The position numbers and the translations under genes were made by a program. From contig CAVTRY010000011.1 of NCBI GenBank assembly GCA_963737265.1, positions 1,216,001 through 1,280,000 on the forward strand: a stretch of DNA of 64,000 bases. Direction: 5' to 3'. Under the pieces are notes generated by a model, which searched no databases, had not been told where the DNA came from, and worked only from the letters and a program-made list of their open reading frames with translations. Origin of the DNA: an uncultured delta proteobacterium (GTDB lineage: Bacteria; Myxococcota_A; Polyangia; Fen-1088). Positions 1 to 10,272 of the stretch are shown in pieces (the first letter of the stretch is position 1; every line of letters starts with the position of its first letter).

Positions 1-527
1 ATAGGCGCGTCGGAACGCCGCCAACCCTGCACCATCGCCGACGCGCAAGGCGGACCACTTGCACTCGATGGCGACGGGCGGCTGGCCTCTGCGAGCGAGC
101 ACGAAGTCGACCTCGTGGCCACGAACGTCGCGCCAGTAGTTGACCTCATCCTCGGGAAAGTGGCTGCGCAATTCGTTGAGAACGTAGTGCGCCCACAGCT
201 TGCCCAGATCCTCTGCTCTCAGATCGTGCCAGCCGCGGTAGTAAGACACGAAGCCGGTGTCGAATGCATACACTTTGGGCGCGGCGACTATTTCCGTGCG
301 CCTGCGTGACGAGAATGGCCGCGCGACGTAAGCCACGCCGGTGGCCTCAAGAACCGCGAGATAGTTTGCGATGGTCGTGCGGCTGACCTCGCATGGACCG
401 GCGTAGCTCGTCGCTTCGAACATGCCACCGCTGTTGACCAACACCAACTCCATCCTGAAAGCCAAATCACCGAGCGTCGCCGCCAAGCCTGTTCGATCTG
501 GTTGAGCCAGAACAAGCGCTGAATCAT
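1..527 (-). pseudogene. AAA-family ATPase/DUF4143 gene remnant with a large internal deletion; runs off the window start
   Basis: ATG 527 gives MIQRLFWLNQIEQAWRRRSVIWLSG, which stops just before the expected Walker A. It is joined out of frame to MELVLVNSGGMFEATSYAGPCEVSRTTIANYLAVLEAT...KVYAFDTG...YWRD...EVDFV...AIECK from ATG 453 (DUF4143-type, PD-(D/E)xK-like). Confidence 0.75.
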
Positions 528-608
528 ATGCAAGTAGGATTGCATATACTGACAGCAAACGCCACTAGGGTTGCGTTTGCTGCGGCTGCCAGATGCGAAT
601 CGACGCTA

Positions 609-649
609 TTGACAACCGAATACATGTTCGGTAGTTTGAATAGGTATTC
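609..649 (+). promoter_or_regulatory. sigma70-type promoter with two candidate TetR operators
   Basis: TTGACA 609-614, 17-bp spacer, TAGTTT 632-637. Palindromes ACCGAA-N6-TTCGGT (615-632) and GAATA-GG-TATTC (638-649). Confidence 0.6.
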
Positions 650-704
650 GCTTTCCGACAGTAGCGGTTCGACTAGCGACGAAGGGATTGAAAGGAAAGA
701 AAGA

Positions 705-1343
705 GTGAAAGCTGGACAACGCAAAGAACGGCAGCTCGCGCATGCGCGCACGGACATCTTGGATGCCGCGGTCAAGGCGTTCGCGCGCACCGGCTTGCAC
801 GGTACCACGATGCAGGACATCGCGCGCGAAGCCGGCTACACCGCGGCGTCGCTGTACACCTACTTCAAGAGCAAGCAGGACATCGTCGATGCCATGGTCA
901 CCCAGCTGACCGATGAATACATCAAGGTATTCGACGAACCCGTGCCGAGCGGGCTTACTTTTCGGCAAAACTTCGAGTTGGTTCTGCACCGTCACCTGGA
1001 GCTTATCGACAAGAGTCACAACGTCTTTGTCGGCTTCCTGAGCGACCACACCAACCAGAGCATGTGCGCCAGCGACGACACCGGCCGCGCCTTTCACGAC
1101 AACTTCGAACGAAGGATCAAGCGGCTGGCGGAGTGGCTGAAGGAAAACGCCAAAGCGGACGATATTGGCGGGCACGATCCGGAAGTCGTCGCACGCATGC
1201 TCTTCGGCATGGCGTTCGGCCTTTTCCACCGCTGGGGCGCCGAGGACAAGCAAGAACCCTTCGTGAACTACGCGCCCCTCATCACCGAGTTTTTCTTCCA
1301 CGGCGTCAGTGGCAAGCCCAAGACCGGAGCACGCAAGAAATGA
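705..1343 (+). CDS. TetR/AcrR family transcriptional regulator
   Basis: ILDAAVKAFARTGLHGTTMQDIAREAGYTAASLYTYFKSK HTH. GTG 705 follows purine-rich AAAGGAAAG. Confidence 0.92.
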   Translation: MKAGQRKERQLAHARTDILDAAVKAFARTGLHGTTMQDIAREAGYTAASLYTYFKSKQDIVDAMVTQLTDEYIKVFDEPVPSGLTFRQNFELVLHRHLELIDKSHNVFVGFLSDHTNQSMCASDDTGRAFHDNFERRIKRLAEWLKENAKADDIGGHDPEVVARMLFGMAFGLFHRWGAEDKQEPFVNYAPLITEFFFHGVSGKPKTGARKK

Positions 1344-2773
1344 TCGCAAGCAAGACTAGATTGGCTCTCACCTGCATCGCAATCCTGGCCCCGCTGGCAT
1401 CTACGGTCAGGGCCGAAACGCTGACCCTCGATCAGTGCGTGGCCATCGCGCTGAAGGAAAGTCCGGACACGGTCTCCGCCAACTATGAGGTAGAGGGTGC
1501 CATCGCGAAGAAGAATGGCGCATTTGGCGCTTATGGTCCGAGGTTACATTTGGATGCAGGCATCCAGCGGTGGGACAAGGAGTTTGCAGCGCCGCTTTTT
1601 GGGATGCTCCCGCAGTACTGCACCCAATGCGTGTGGGATCCTGTATTGGATTCGACCGGAAATCCGGTGCAGACCAAGAATCCAGACGGAACCTACTCAA
1701 ATTTGCTCAAGATCCAGAACGACTCCCTCGTATTTCGTCCCCAAGTCACCTGGTCTGTTGGTGTGACACTCGCCCAACCCATCGCTTCTTTGTGGACCGT
1801 GCGTGAGGCGAACCAGCTTGCGAAGCTGGGTATCGATATCGCGGAGATCAAGCGCAGGTCAGCCCAGCGTGACGTCGCCTTCCAGGTTACCGAGGCGTAC
1901 TACCGGCTGCTTCAAGCAAAGCGGCTGGCCGACGTAGCGGAGAAGTCAGTGGAGCAAGTCGCCACACAAGTCAAGCGAGCCCGCACCTTCTTTGAGCGTG
2001 GCGTCGTCGCCCGCAACGACGTTCTTCGCGCCGATCTCGGCTTAGCAGCAGCCCAGCAACGCCTGATTCAGGCAAAGGGCGGCGTAACTCTGGCCCGCGG
2101 CCGGTTGGCCACGCTCATGGGTCGCTCGCCAGACAGCGAGATCGACACCACGGATCTCTCCCACGAGCCGACCGTCGAAACGCCCGTCGCCCCGGCGTTG
2201 GCCGAACAGCAGGCGGTGGATACCCGCTTCGAGCTCAAGGAAATCGCGGCCCACATCGACCAAGCGAATACCGGTGTGCGCATGGCCAAGTCCAAAATGA
2301 TGCCGCAGGTAAATGCGGTCGCAAATTACACCCGTGCCACAAGCTCGCTACTGGCGCTACCAGAATCCTGGTTCATCGGCGCCACTGCCTCGTGGGACAT
2401 CTGGGAGGGCGGCAGCACCTACTACGGCATCGACGAGTCCAAGGCCCAGCTCGCGCAGGCGCTCCAGGCGCGCCGCAAGGCCGAGGACGCGATTCGCCTC
2501 GACGCGCGCAGCGCGCACGTGGGGGTCACCACGGCGGCGGAATCGCTGGACGTGGCTAAACACGCAGTGGAACAGGCGGAGGAAAACTTCCGCATCGAAC
2601 AGAAACGCTACGAGAGCACGAGCAACACGTCGTTCGACGTGCTCGACGCCGAAACCCAGCTCACCACCGCGCGCGGTCAGCACCAGGCCGCCTTGTACGA
2701 CTACCTCATCGCCCAGTCCAACCTGTCGCGCGCCATGGGCGACAGCCAGCCGGTTCGCAAAGCCACGCCCTAG
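1340..2773 (+). CDS. TolC-family outer membrane efflux protein
   Basis: ATGA overlap with the tetR stop; signal peptide; LTLDQCVAIAL; AYYRLLQA; KRYESTSNTSFDVLDAE. Confidence 0.9.
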   Translation: MIASKTRLALTCIAILAPLASTVRAETLTLDQCVAIALKESPDTVSANYEVEGAIAKKNGAFGAYGPRLHLDAGIQRWDKEFAAPLFGMLPQYCTQCVWDPVLDSTGNPVQTKNPDGTYSNLLKIQNDSLVFRPQVTWSVGVTLAQPIASLWTVREANQLAKLGIDIAEIKRRSAQRDVAFQVTEAYYRLLQAKRLADVAEKSVEQVATQVKRARTFFERGVVARNDVLRADLGLAAAQQRLIQAKGGVTLARGRLATLMGRSPDSEIDTTDLSHEPTVETPVAPALAEQQAVDTRFELKEIAAHIDQANTGVRMAKSKMMPQVNAVANYTRATSSLLALPESWFIGATASWDIWEGGSTYYGIDESKAQLAQALQARRKAEDAIRLDARSAHVGVTTAAESLDVAKHAVEQAEENFRIEQKRYESTSNTSFDVLDAETQLTTARGQHQAALYDYLIAQSNLSRAMGDSQPVRKATP

Positions 2774-2794
2774 AACTTAGAGAGGACCATCATC

Positions 2795-3775
2795 ATGTTG
2801 TGCAAGAATCTAAACCTCGCCGCCATCCTCCTGCTCGCCGCCATGGCACCCGCGTGCCGAGAGGGCGGCGTGGCTCGCCTGCCCGAAAGCAAGGCCGCGA
2901 CAGTGGAAACACCCAAGCCCGCCACGCCTGCGCCCGCCGCCCCGGCCGCAGCCGCGCAGGCCGGCGAGCAGCCCGCGACCCCGACCGGCGCGTCCTTTTT
3001 CTCGGGCACGACCGAAGCCCATCGCCGCAGCACCCTCACGCCCAAGGTGTCGAGCTCGGTCTTGCGCGTGCACGTGCGCGACGGAGACATCGTGAAGGAA
3101 GGCCAGCCGCTCGTGACCCTCGATACGCAGGATTTCAACCTGCGTCTGCAACAGGCCGAGGCCGGGTCGCAGGCCGCCAAGGTACAGCTCGATTCGGCCA
3201 AGCTCGATTGGAATCGCACCAAGTCCCTGCTCGATGACAAGGCCGTGCCGCAGAGCCAGTTCGACATGGTCGATGCGCGCTACAAGGGTGCGCAGGCCGG
3301 CGTGCTGCAGGCCGAAACCGCCGTGGCCATGGGCCGCAAAGCTCTACGCGACGCCACCGTGCACGCACCCTTCAGCGGCATCATCGTCAAGCGCATGGTC
3401 AATGAAGGCGAGTACGCCACGGTCATGCCCGCCACGCCCTTGGTCATCATCGAGGAAGTCAATCCCATCGATTTACGTGTGCAGATTCCGTCTACGGAAA
3501 TGGGCAAGGTCAAGGAAGGCGACATGCTGCACGTGCGTTTCCCGGCCACCCAGCAGGTCGTGGACGTGCGTCTGACCCGGGTGGTTGCCGCGCTCGACCC
3601 GCACACGCGCACCTTCTCGGCGATTGCCGAGATCCCCAACACTGATCGCAGCCTGCGCACCGGCCTGTATGCCGAGGTCACGGTGAGTGGCAAGTCGACG
3701 ACCCAGGAAGGCACCAGCAGCACGCCCAAACGGCTCGCCGCCCGCACCAAGCCCGCCAAAGACAAGAAAGACTAG
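2795..3775 (+). CDS. RND efflux periplasmic adaptor (MFP), probable lipoprotein
   Basis: VHVRDGDIVKEGQPLVTLD lipoyl half, VHAPFSGII, LRTGLYAEV. Confidence 0.92.
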   Translation: MLCKNLNLAAILLLAAMAPACREGGVARLPESKAATVETPKPATPAPAAPAAAAQAGEQPATPTGASFFSGTTEAHRRSTLTPKVSSSVLRVHVRDGDIVKEGQPLVTLDTQDFNLRLQQAEAGSQAAKVQLDSAKLDWNRTKSLLDDKAVPQSQFDMVDARYKGAQAGVLQAETAVAMGRKALRDATVHAPFSGIIVKRMVNEGEYATVMPATPLVIIEEVNPIDLRVQIPSTEMGKVKEGDMLHVRFPATQQVVDVRLTRVVAALDPHTRTFSAIAEIPNTDRSLRTGLYAEVTVSGKSTTQEGTSSTPKRLAARTKPAKDKKD

Positions 3776-3777
3776 CC

Positions 3778-6700
3778 ATGAAACTCGCCGATATTTCCAT
3801 CCGCCGCCCGGTGTTCGCGACAGTGATGGTGAGCGTGCTGGCCGTGTTCGGTGTGTGGGGCTACCAGCAGCTTTCCATCGACATGTACCCCGAGGTCGAA
3901 TTCCCGATCGTGACGGTGACGGCTATCTACCCGGGCGCCGATCCCGAGACTATCGAGTCGCGTGTGATCGACAAGCTGGAGGAAGCCATCAGCACGGTCA
4001 ACGGCATCAAGGTCATGCGTTCGACGTCGATGGAAAACGTCGGCCTGGTGTTCGTGCAATTCGAGCTCGAGCGCAAGGCCGATCAAGCGGTGCAAGACGT
4101 GCGCGATAAAGTCTCCGCGGCGCTGAAGAATCTGCCGACCGATCTCGAACCGCCGCTGGTCGAGCGCGTGGACATCGGCGCCGCGCCCATCATCGCCATC
4201 TCGCTGGCCGCCGACATGCCCAGGCGCGATCTGACCAAGATCGCGAAGGACGTGATCAAGCAGCGTCTGCAGGCCATCAACGGCGTGGGCGGACTCGACA
4301 TCGTGGGCGGCCAAGAGCGCGAGTTCCACGTCTGGATGGATCCGCACCGACTGGATTCGTTCGGGCTAACCCCGGGCGATGTGGGCCAAGCGTTGGCGGC
4401 GCAGAACGTGGAAATCCCGGGCGGGCGCTTCGACGCCGACGCCAAGGAGCTGGCGGTCAAGACGCGCGGACAGATCCACTCCGCCGCCGAGCTCGGAGAC
4501 ATCATCATTCCTGCGGCCGTGGGATCGGTCGTGCGCATCCGCGACGTGGCCCGTGTCGAGGACGGCGCCGAGGAGCAGCGTTCGTACGCGACCTTGAATG
4601 GCAAGGCGTCGGTTACGTTGCTTGTGCGCAAACAGTCCGGCTCTAACACCGTCACCGTCGCCCACAAGGTCCGCGATGCGCTCGAACGTCCTCAAGAAGC
4701 AGGTTCCCGCGGTGACCATGACGGTGGCCTCGGACAGCTCGGTGTTCACTGAACGATCCATCGACGACGTGAAGTTCGACCTGATCTTCGGCGCGGTGCT
4801 CGCCATCCTGATCATTTTGTTCTTCCTGCACGATTGGCGCGCCACGCTCATCAGCGCGACCGCCCTGCCGACGTCGGTCATCGCGACCTTCGCCTTCATC
4901 TATTTCATGGGCTACACGCTCAACATGATGACCATGCTGGCGCTGTCGCTCTCCATCGGCATCTTGATCGACGACGCCATCGTGGTCATCGAAAACATCC
5001 ACCGCCACCTCGAACAAGGCAAATCGCCGATGAAGGCCGCGTCCGAAGCAACCGCTGAAATTGGCTTGGCGGTCATGGCGACCACGGCGTCGATCTTGGC
5101 CGTGTTCGTCCCGGTGGCGACCATGAAGGGCATGATTGGTCGCTTCTTCGTGCAGTTCGGCCTGACGGTTGCGTTCGCCGTTTCCGTCTCGCTGTTCGTG
5201 GCCTTCACGCTGACACCCATGCTGTCCTCGCGCTTTCTGCGTGCCCACACCGGCAAGGGGCCCATCGCCCGCGCCATCGAGCGCTTCCTCGACGGCGTCG
5301 AGGGCATCTACAGCCGCCTGCTCAAGGGCGCCCTCGCCCACCGCTGGTTGACCATGGGCGCGGCGTTCATCGTCTTCCTGTCGAGCCTTTACCTTGCCGC
5401 CATCGTGCCCAAGGAATTCATGCCTATCGAAGATCGCAGCCAATATGCAATCAAGCTCGAGCTGCCCACTGGCTCGGCGTTGGCAGTGACCGAGCAGACC
5501 TCCGAGTCCATCGCGACCCATCTGCGCGCCATGCCGGGCGTGAAAGACACGCTCATCACCATCGGCGGCTCATCGGCCCAGTCCGAGGTCAACCGCGCCG
5601 AAATTCAGGTCAATCTCGTGGGAAAGAAGGACCGCGGATTCAGCCAGGCCAAGGCCATCGCCTTCACGCGCGACCAGTTGCCGTCATGGCTCGGCCGCAG
5701 CGACGTGAACTTTGCCGTCGAGCCCTACCAAATGGTGGGCGGCGGCGGCAGCGCCTTCCGCAACTCCACCATCCAGTTCAATGTGCGCGGGCGGGACTAC
5801 GCCGACATCAGCAAAGCCACCGACGAGATCATCGCCTGGATGAAAACCCAGAAGGGCTACGTCGACATCGACACCTCCTACCGCGGAGGCAAGCCGGAGC
5901 TGGCCATCAACATCGACCGCGACCGCGCCGCCGACTTGGGCGTGCCCGTCGCCTCCATCGCCATGACGGTGCGCAACCTCATGGCCAACGATAAGATTTC
6001 GGAGCTAACCGTGGACGGCGACCGCTACGATGTGCGCATGAAGCTGGACGAGAGCTTCCGCAAGCGCGCCGAGGATCTCGCGGCGGTCAAGATTCGCTCC
6101 GTGACCGGCCAATTGGTCAACATGTCCAACGTCGCCAACATCGCCCAAGGCACGGGTCCGGCCAAGATCGAGCGACAGAACCGCCAGCGCCAAATCACCG
6201 TCTATGCCAACTTGAACGGCTTGGCGCTCGGCGATGCCTCGAAACAAATCGACGAGGAAGCCAGGAGGGCCGTGCCTTCCACCATGGTGAGCGACTGGAC
6301 CGGTATGGCGGATATCATGCGCGAATCCATGGGCTACCTCATCTCGGCCCTACTTCTCGCCATCATCATCGTGTACCTCGTGCTGGCGGCGCAATTCGAG
6401 AGTTTCCTGCACCCCTTCACCATCATGTTGTCGTTGCCACTGTCGATGGTCGGCGCATTTGGTGCCATCGCGCTTTCTCACAGCATGATCAACATCATGA
6501 CCATGATCGGCATCATCCTGCTCATGGGCCTCGTGACGAAGAACGCGATCCTTCTTGTCGATTACACGAACACCCTGCGCCGTCAGGGACTAAGCCGCTA
6601 CGAAGCCCTGCTCAAGGCGGGCCGGGTGCGATTACGCCCCATTCTGATGACCACTGGCGCGATGATTTTCGGCATGTCCCCGGTTGCCCTCGGCGTCTCC

Positions 6701-6898
6701 GAGGGTGGCGAACTGCGCGCCCCCATGGCCATCGCCGTCATCGGCGGCCTTTTGACCTCGACGTTGCTAACCCTGGTGGTAGTTCCCGTGGCCTACACCA
6801 TCATCGATTCTCTCGCGGAACGGACCCTCGGTCGCGTCACCGTCCTGCGCCAAGGCGACGAGACGCCGCTTCAAGCGGCGGCCGGGCACGGGGCTTAA
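3778..6898 (+). CDS. RND efflux permease (AcrB-like) split by a +1 frameshift near 4690
   Basis: N-part ISIRRPVFA...; C-part [30 protein letters not shown]. One extra C in CGTC|CTCAAG separates the two frames. Confidence 0.88.
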
Positions 6899-6908
6899 CG
6901 GCTCGTCG

Positions 6909-7760
6909 CTATCCGCGCACGCCCAATCGATTCATCAAACGGCTCGCCAATGCAGCCAGGCCACGTTTCCTGCTGGGCCCGGCGATAGGACCTACCATGC
7001 GGACCACGGCGACGGTCACGTTGTCGTAACTACCGATGCGATTGGTGGCTTCGACCAACGACCGACTGGCATCCTCCACATCGGGCTTCGAGCCAAGTGC
7101 CACGATTTCGGTTTTCGGCAGGATATTGTAAAGGCCATCGCTGCACACAATCAGCACGTCGTCTTGCTGTAATTGATGGACCAGGCGGTCGCGATTGACA
7201 ATAAGATCGCGTCCGAGACTGCGGGTGAGCGTGGACCTGTCGGGGTGGCTTTGCGCCCGCTCCTCGCTGATGAGTCCAAATCGAACCTTGTCCGCTACCA
7301 CGGTGTGATCGCGGGTTAACTGCTCGATTTGGCCATCGCGAATCAGATACAAGCGCGAGTCGCCCACGTGAACCGCGGTCAACTCCCCACGATCGATGGC
7401 CACTGCGGTCAGTGTGGTGGACATGCCTCGCAGAGGCGTCACGACCACCGAGCGATCGTAAACCTCGATGTTGGCCTGTTGAACCGCCCGATAGAGTCGT
7501 TGGCCCGCCGGGCGCTCGCGCGGTTCCTCTTGAAACGCGCGCAGCGTGACCTCGACCGCCATCTGACTCGCGACCTCGCCACCTTCGCCGCTCGAAACGC
7601 CATCCGCCACCACGACCAACCCGCAGGCATCGCTTTCGATCAGCACGCCACTTGAATCTTCGTTGTGGTCGCGCTCGGTGCCCTTGTCCGTCAACGTGGC
7701 GGCAACAAACGCGCAATCGACTGCGACGAGATCTCTCAAACTGGCGTTTCCGTGTGACAT
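6909..7760 (-). CDS. PP2C/PPM family Ser/Thr protein phosphatase
   Basis: TDKGTERDHNED, VVADG, HVGDSRLY, LTRDH, VCSDGL, DNVT motifs. Confidence 0.93.
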   Translation of the reverse strand: MSHGNASLRDLVAVDCAFVAATLTDKGTERDHNEDSSGVLIESDACGLVVVADGVSSGEGGEVASQMAVEVTLRAFQEEPRERPAGQRLYRAVQQANIEVYDRSVVVTPLRGMSTTLTAVAIDRGELTAVHVGDSRLYLIRDGQIEQLTRDHTVVADKVRFGLISEERAQSHPDRSTLTRSLGRDLIVNRDRLVHQLQQDDVLIVCSDGLYNILPKTEIVALGSKPDVEDASRSLVEATNRIGSYDNVTVAVVRMVGPIAGPSRKRGLAALASRLMNRLGVRG

Positions 7761-7795
7761 CCTACCAACCTTCTGCGAAATTTGGTGCAATCAAC

Positions 7796-8800
7796 ATGAG
7801 CGAACCAGTCGTCGGCGACAAAATCGACCAATACGAGCTTCTCGACCTGCTCGCACGCAGCGGGATGGCTTCCATCTTCAAAGCCAAGGATACGTTGGCC
7901 GGTCAGATTGTTGCGCTGAAAATCCCCCACATTCAATTCGAAAGCGATGTGGTCTTCTTCGAGCGCTTCAAGCGCGAGGAGATCATTGGGCAAAAGCTCA
8001 ACCACCCTAACATTTGTAAGGTTTTGCACCCAAAAGAAAAGACCCGCATGTACATCGCCATGGAGTACGTCCAGGGGCGCTCGCTGCGGGCGATGCTGCA
8101 AGAAAAGACGCCCCTTCCCCTCGACCGAGCGTTGGCGATCGCGATTCAACTGTGCGAGGCGCTGGTCTATCTGCATGGCCAGGGTGTGGTCCACCGCGAC
8201 CTCAAACCCGAGAATATTCTGCTCACGCCGGATGGCAACGTGAAGCTGCTCGACTTCGGCATTGCCCTCGATGCCTCGGCCCGCCGCATGACCTGGTTTG
8301 GCCTGTCCAATACCATCGGAACGCCCGACTACATGGCACCGGAACAGGTGGGTGGCCGGCGCGGCGATGCGCGTACCGACGTCTACTCGGTGGGCGTCAT
8401 GCTGTACGAGATGCTGACCCTGCACTTGCCGCACGAGAGCCCGAATCCTCATGTGCTTATGCGCGCCAAGACCACCGACGAGCCCACCCCACCCACGATT
8501 CACGAGCCGGGAATCAGTCCCCAGATCGAGGCCATTCTGCTCAAGGCCTTGGAGCGCGTTCCGCGCGACCGCTACGCCGACGCCGAGGCATTCTTGGTCG
8601 ACCTGCGCAATCCGTCCGCCGTTCCCCTGCGCGACGCCGAAAGCGACCGCGCCCGCCGACGCCGTATCCGGATCCCATCGCGCGTAGCCGTTCCCGTGAT
8701 TATTGTCGCTCTGCTCGCGGGCCTGCTGGCATTGGTGAGCGCCAGCCACCGCAAACCTGGCCATGCGCCGCACGCCGCGGCACCAACCCAATCGAGGTAA
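7796..8800 (+). CDS. Hanks-type Ser/Thr protein kinase with C-terminal TM helix
   Basis: VALK, HRDLKPEN, DFG, GTPDYMAPE, DVYSVG; hydrophobic VAVPVIIVALLAGLLALV. Confidence 0.95.
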   Translation: MSEPVVGDKIDQYELLDLLARSGMASIFKAKDTLAGQIVALKIPHIQFESDVVFFERFKREEIIGQKLNHPNICKVLHPKEKTRMYIAMEYVQGRSLRAMLQEKTPLPLDRALAIAIQLCEALVYLHGQGVVHRDLKPENILLTPDGNVKLLDFGIALDASARRMTWFGLSNTIGTPDYMAPEQVGGRRGDARTDVYSVGVMLYEMLTLHLPHESPNPHVLMRAKTTDEPTPPTIHEPGISPQIEAILLKALERVPRDRYADAEAFLVDLRNPSAVPLRDAESDRARRRRIRIPSRVAVPVIIVALLAGLLALVSASHRKPGHAPHAAAPTQSR

Positions 8801-8806
8801 TTCTTC

Positions 8807-10147
8807 ATGTCGCCCCATTTTGAACAATGGCCCAGCTTGGCCTGGATTCTTCTTTGCGGGTTTCTGGTCATGTTTATGCAGGCCGGTTTCGCGCTCATCG
8901 AAACCGGATTCTGCCGCGCGAAAAACGCGGTCAATACCATCGCCATGAATCTGGTCATTTACCCGGTCGCCGTGCTGGGATTCTGGCTCGTAGGCTACGG
9001 TCTGATGATGGGCGGTATGCACGGCTGGCCAGCCTTGGGCAATGCCTCCGCCGACGCGCGCGAGATTTCGCTGCACCTCGGCCACCATGCCTTCGGTCTC
9101 TTGGGTTGGTCCAAGTTCGCATTGCTGAACATGACCGACGATCCAATCAATCTGGTCATGTTCATGTTTTCGGCGGTATTTCTCGACACGGCAGCGACCA
9201 TTCCCACCGGCGCCATGGCCGAACGCTGGAAATTTCTCTCCTTCATGCTCTATGGCCTGTTCATTTCGATGTGGCTTTATCCGCTTTATGGCAATTGGGT
9301 CTGGGGCGGCGGATGGCTTGCCACCCTCGGCGTGACCGCTGGCCTGGGTCACGGACATGTCGATTTCGCGGGTTCGTCGGTGGTCCACCTGACCGGCGGA
9401 GTGACCGCCTTGGCCGGGGCCATGGTCCTCGGCCCTCGCATGGGCAAATACCGCCACGACGGAACGACCGCGGCCATGCCGGGCCACAACCTCCCCATGG
9501 CGGTCCTGGGCACCTTCATCCTCGCGTTCGGCTGGTTCGGCTTCAATACCGGATCCAGCCTTTCCGCCACAGACCCGCGCATTGCCACGATCGCCGTCAA
9601 CACCATGCTGGCGTCCTGCGCCGGAGCCCTTTCGGCGCTGCTTTACGTATGGGGAACCGCACGGCGACCAGAGATCGACATGGCCTGCAATGGCCTGCTC
9701 GGCGGCCTCGTTGCAATTACGGCGTCCTGCGCCTTCGTCAGCCCGGCGTCGGCGGTGTTGATTGGGGCAGCGGCTGGCCTCTTCGTCGTTTGGTCCGTGA
9801 TGATCCTCGAACGCCGGTTCAAAATCGACGACCCGGTTGGGGCCATTTCCGTTCACGGAACTTGCGGCCTGTGGGGCGCGCTCGCTGTCGGCGTCTTCGC
9901 CGACGGCAGCTATGGCGTAGGCTGGAACGGCGTACCTGAGCCGGTTCGCGGTCTGCTCTTTGGCGACCCCTGGCAGCTTGTTGCCCAGTTGATCGGCGTC
10001 ACCGCCAATATTGCCTTCGTCTTCTCGCTGTCTTACGTTTTCTTCCGCCTCCTCGACCGCCTCATCGGCAATCGGGTCAGCGCCGAAGCCGAACAAGCCG
10101 GGCTCGACGTTTATGAAATGGGTTCGGGCGCCTATTCTGGCCACTGA
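8807..10147 (+). CDS. amt: Ammonium transporter (Amt family)
   Basis: FMQAGFALIETG, GAMAER, DFAGSSVVH, FGWFGFN, NGLLGGLVAITA, DDPVGAISVHG; both pore His residues present. Confidence 0.95.
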   Translation: MSPHFEQWPSLAWILLCGFLVMFMQAGFALIETGFCRAKNAVNTIAMNLVIYPVAVLGFWLVGYGLMMGGMHGWPALGNASADAREISLHLGHHAFGLLGWSKFALLNMTDDPINLVMFMFSAVFLDTAATIPTGAMAERWKFLSFMLYGLFISMWLYPLYGNWVWGGGWLATLGVTAGLGHGHVDFAGSSVVHLTGGVTALAGAMVLGPRMGKYRHDGTTAAMPGHNLPMAVLGTFILAFGWFGFNTGSSLSATDPRIATIAVNTMLASCAGALSALLYVWGTARRPEIDMACNGLLGGLVAITASCAFVSPASAVLIGAAAGLFVVWSVMILERRFKIDDPVGAISVHGTCGLWGALAVGVFADGSYGVGWNGVPEPVRGLLFGDPWQLVAQLIGVTANIAFVFSLSYVFFRLLDRLIGNRVSAEAEQAGLDVYEMGSGAYSGH

Positions 10148-10173
10148 TTCAAGTCCCGCGGCTGACATAGAGA

Positions 10174-10204
10174 GGCGCAACCGCGAGAATCTCGGGGTTG
10201 CGCC
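10174..10204. terminator. Hairpin between the convergent amt and APC genes
   Basis: GGCGCAACC...GGTTGCGCC stem with inner CGAGA/TCTCG pairing; no U-tract. Confidence 0.45.
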
Positions 10205-10272
10205 ATTGATGGACTGGTTCGAATTACTAAGGGCTAGGCTAAGTGAACGGCTAGCGCGTGACGTTGGAAATT

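Noticed and set aside
4680-4700. Programmed ribosomal frameshift in the RND gene
   Set aside because: No slippery heptamer; a simple indel explains it.
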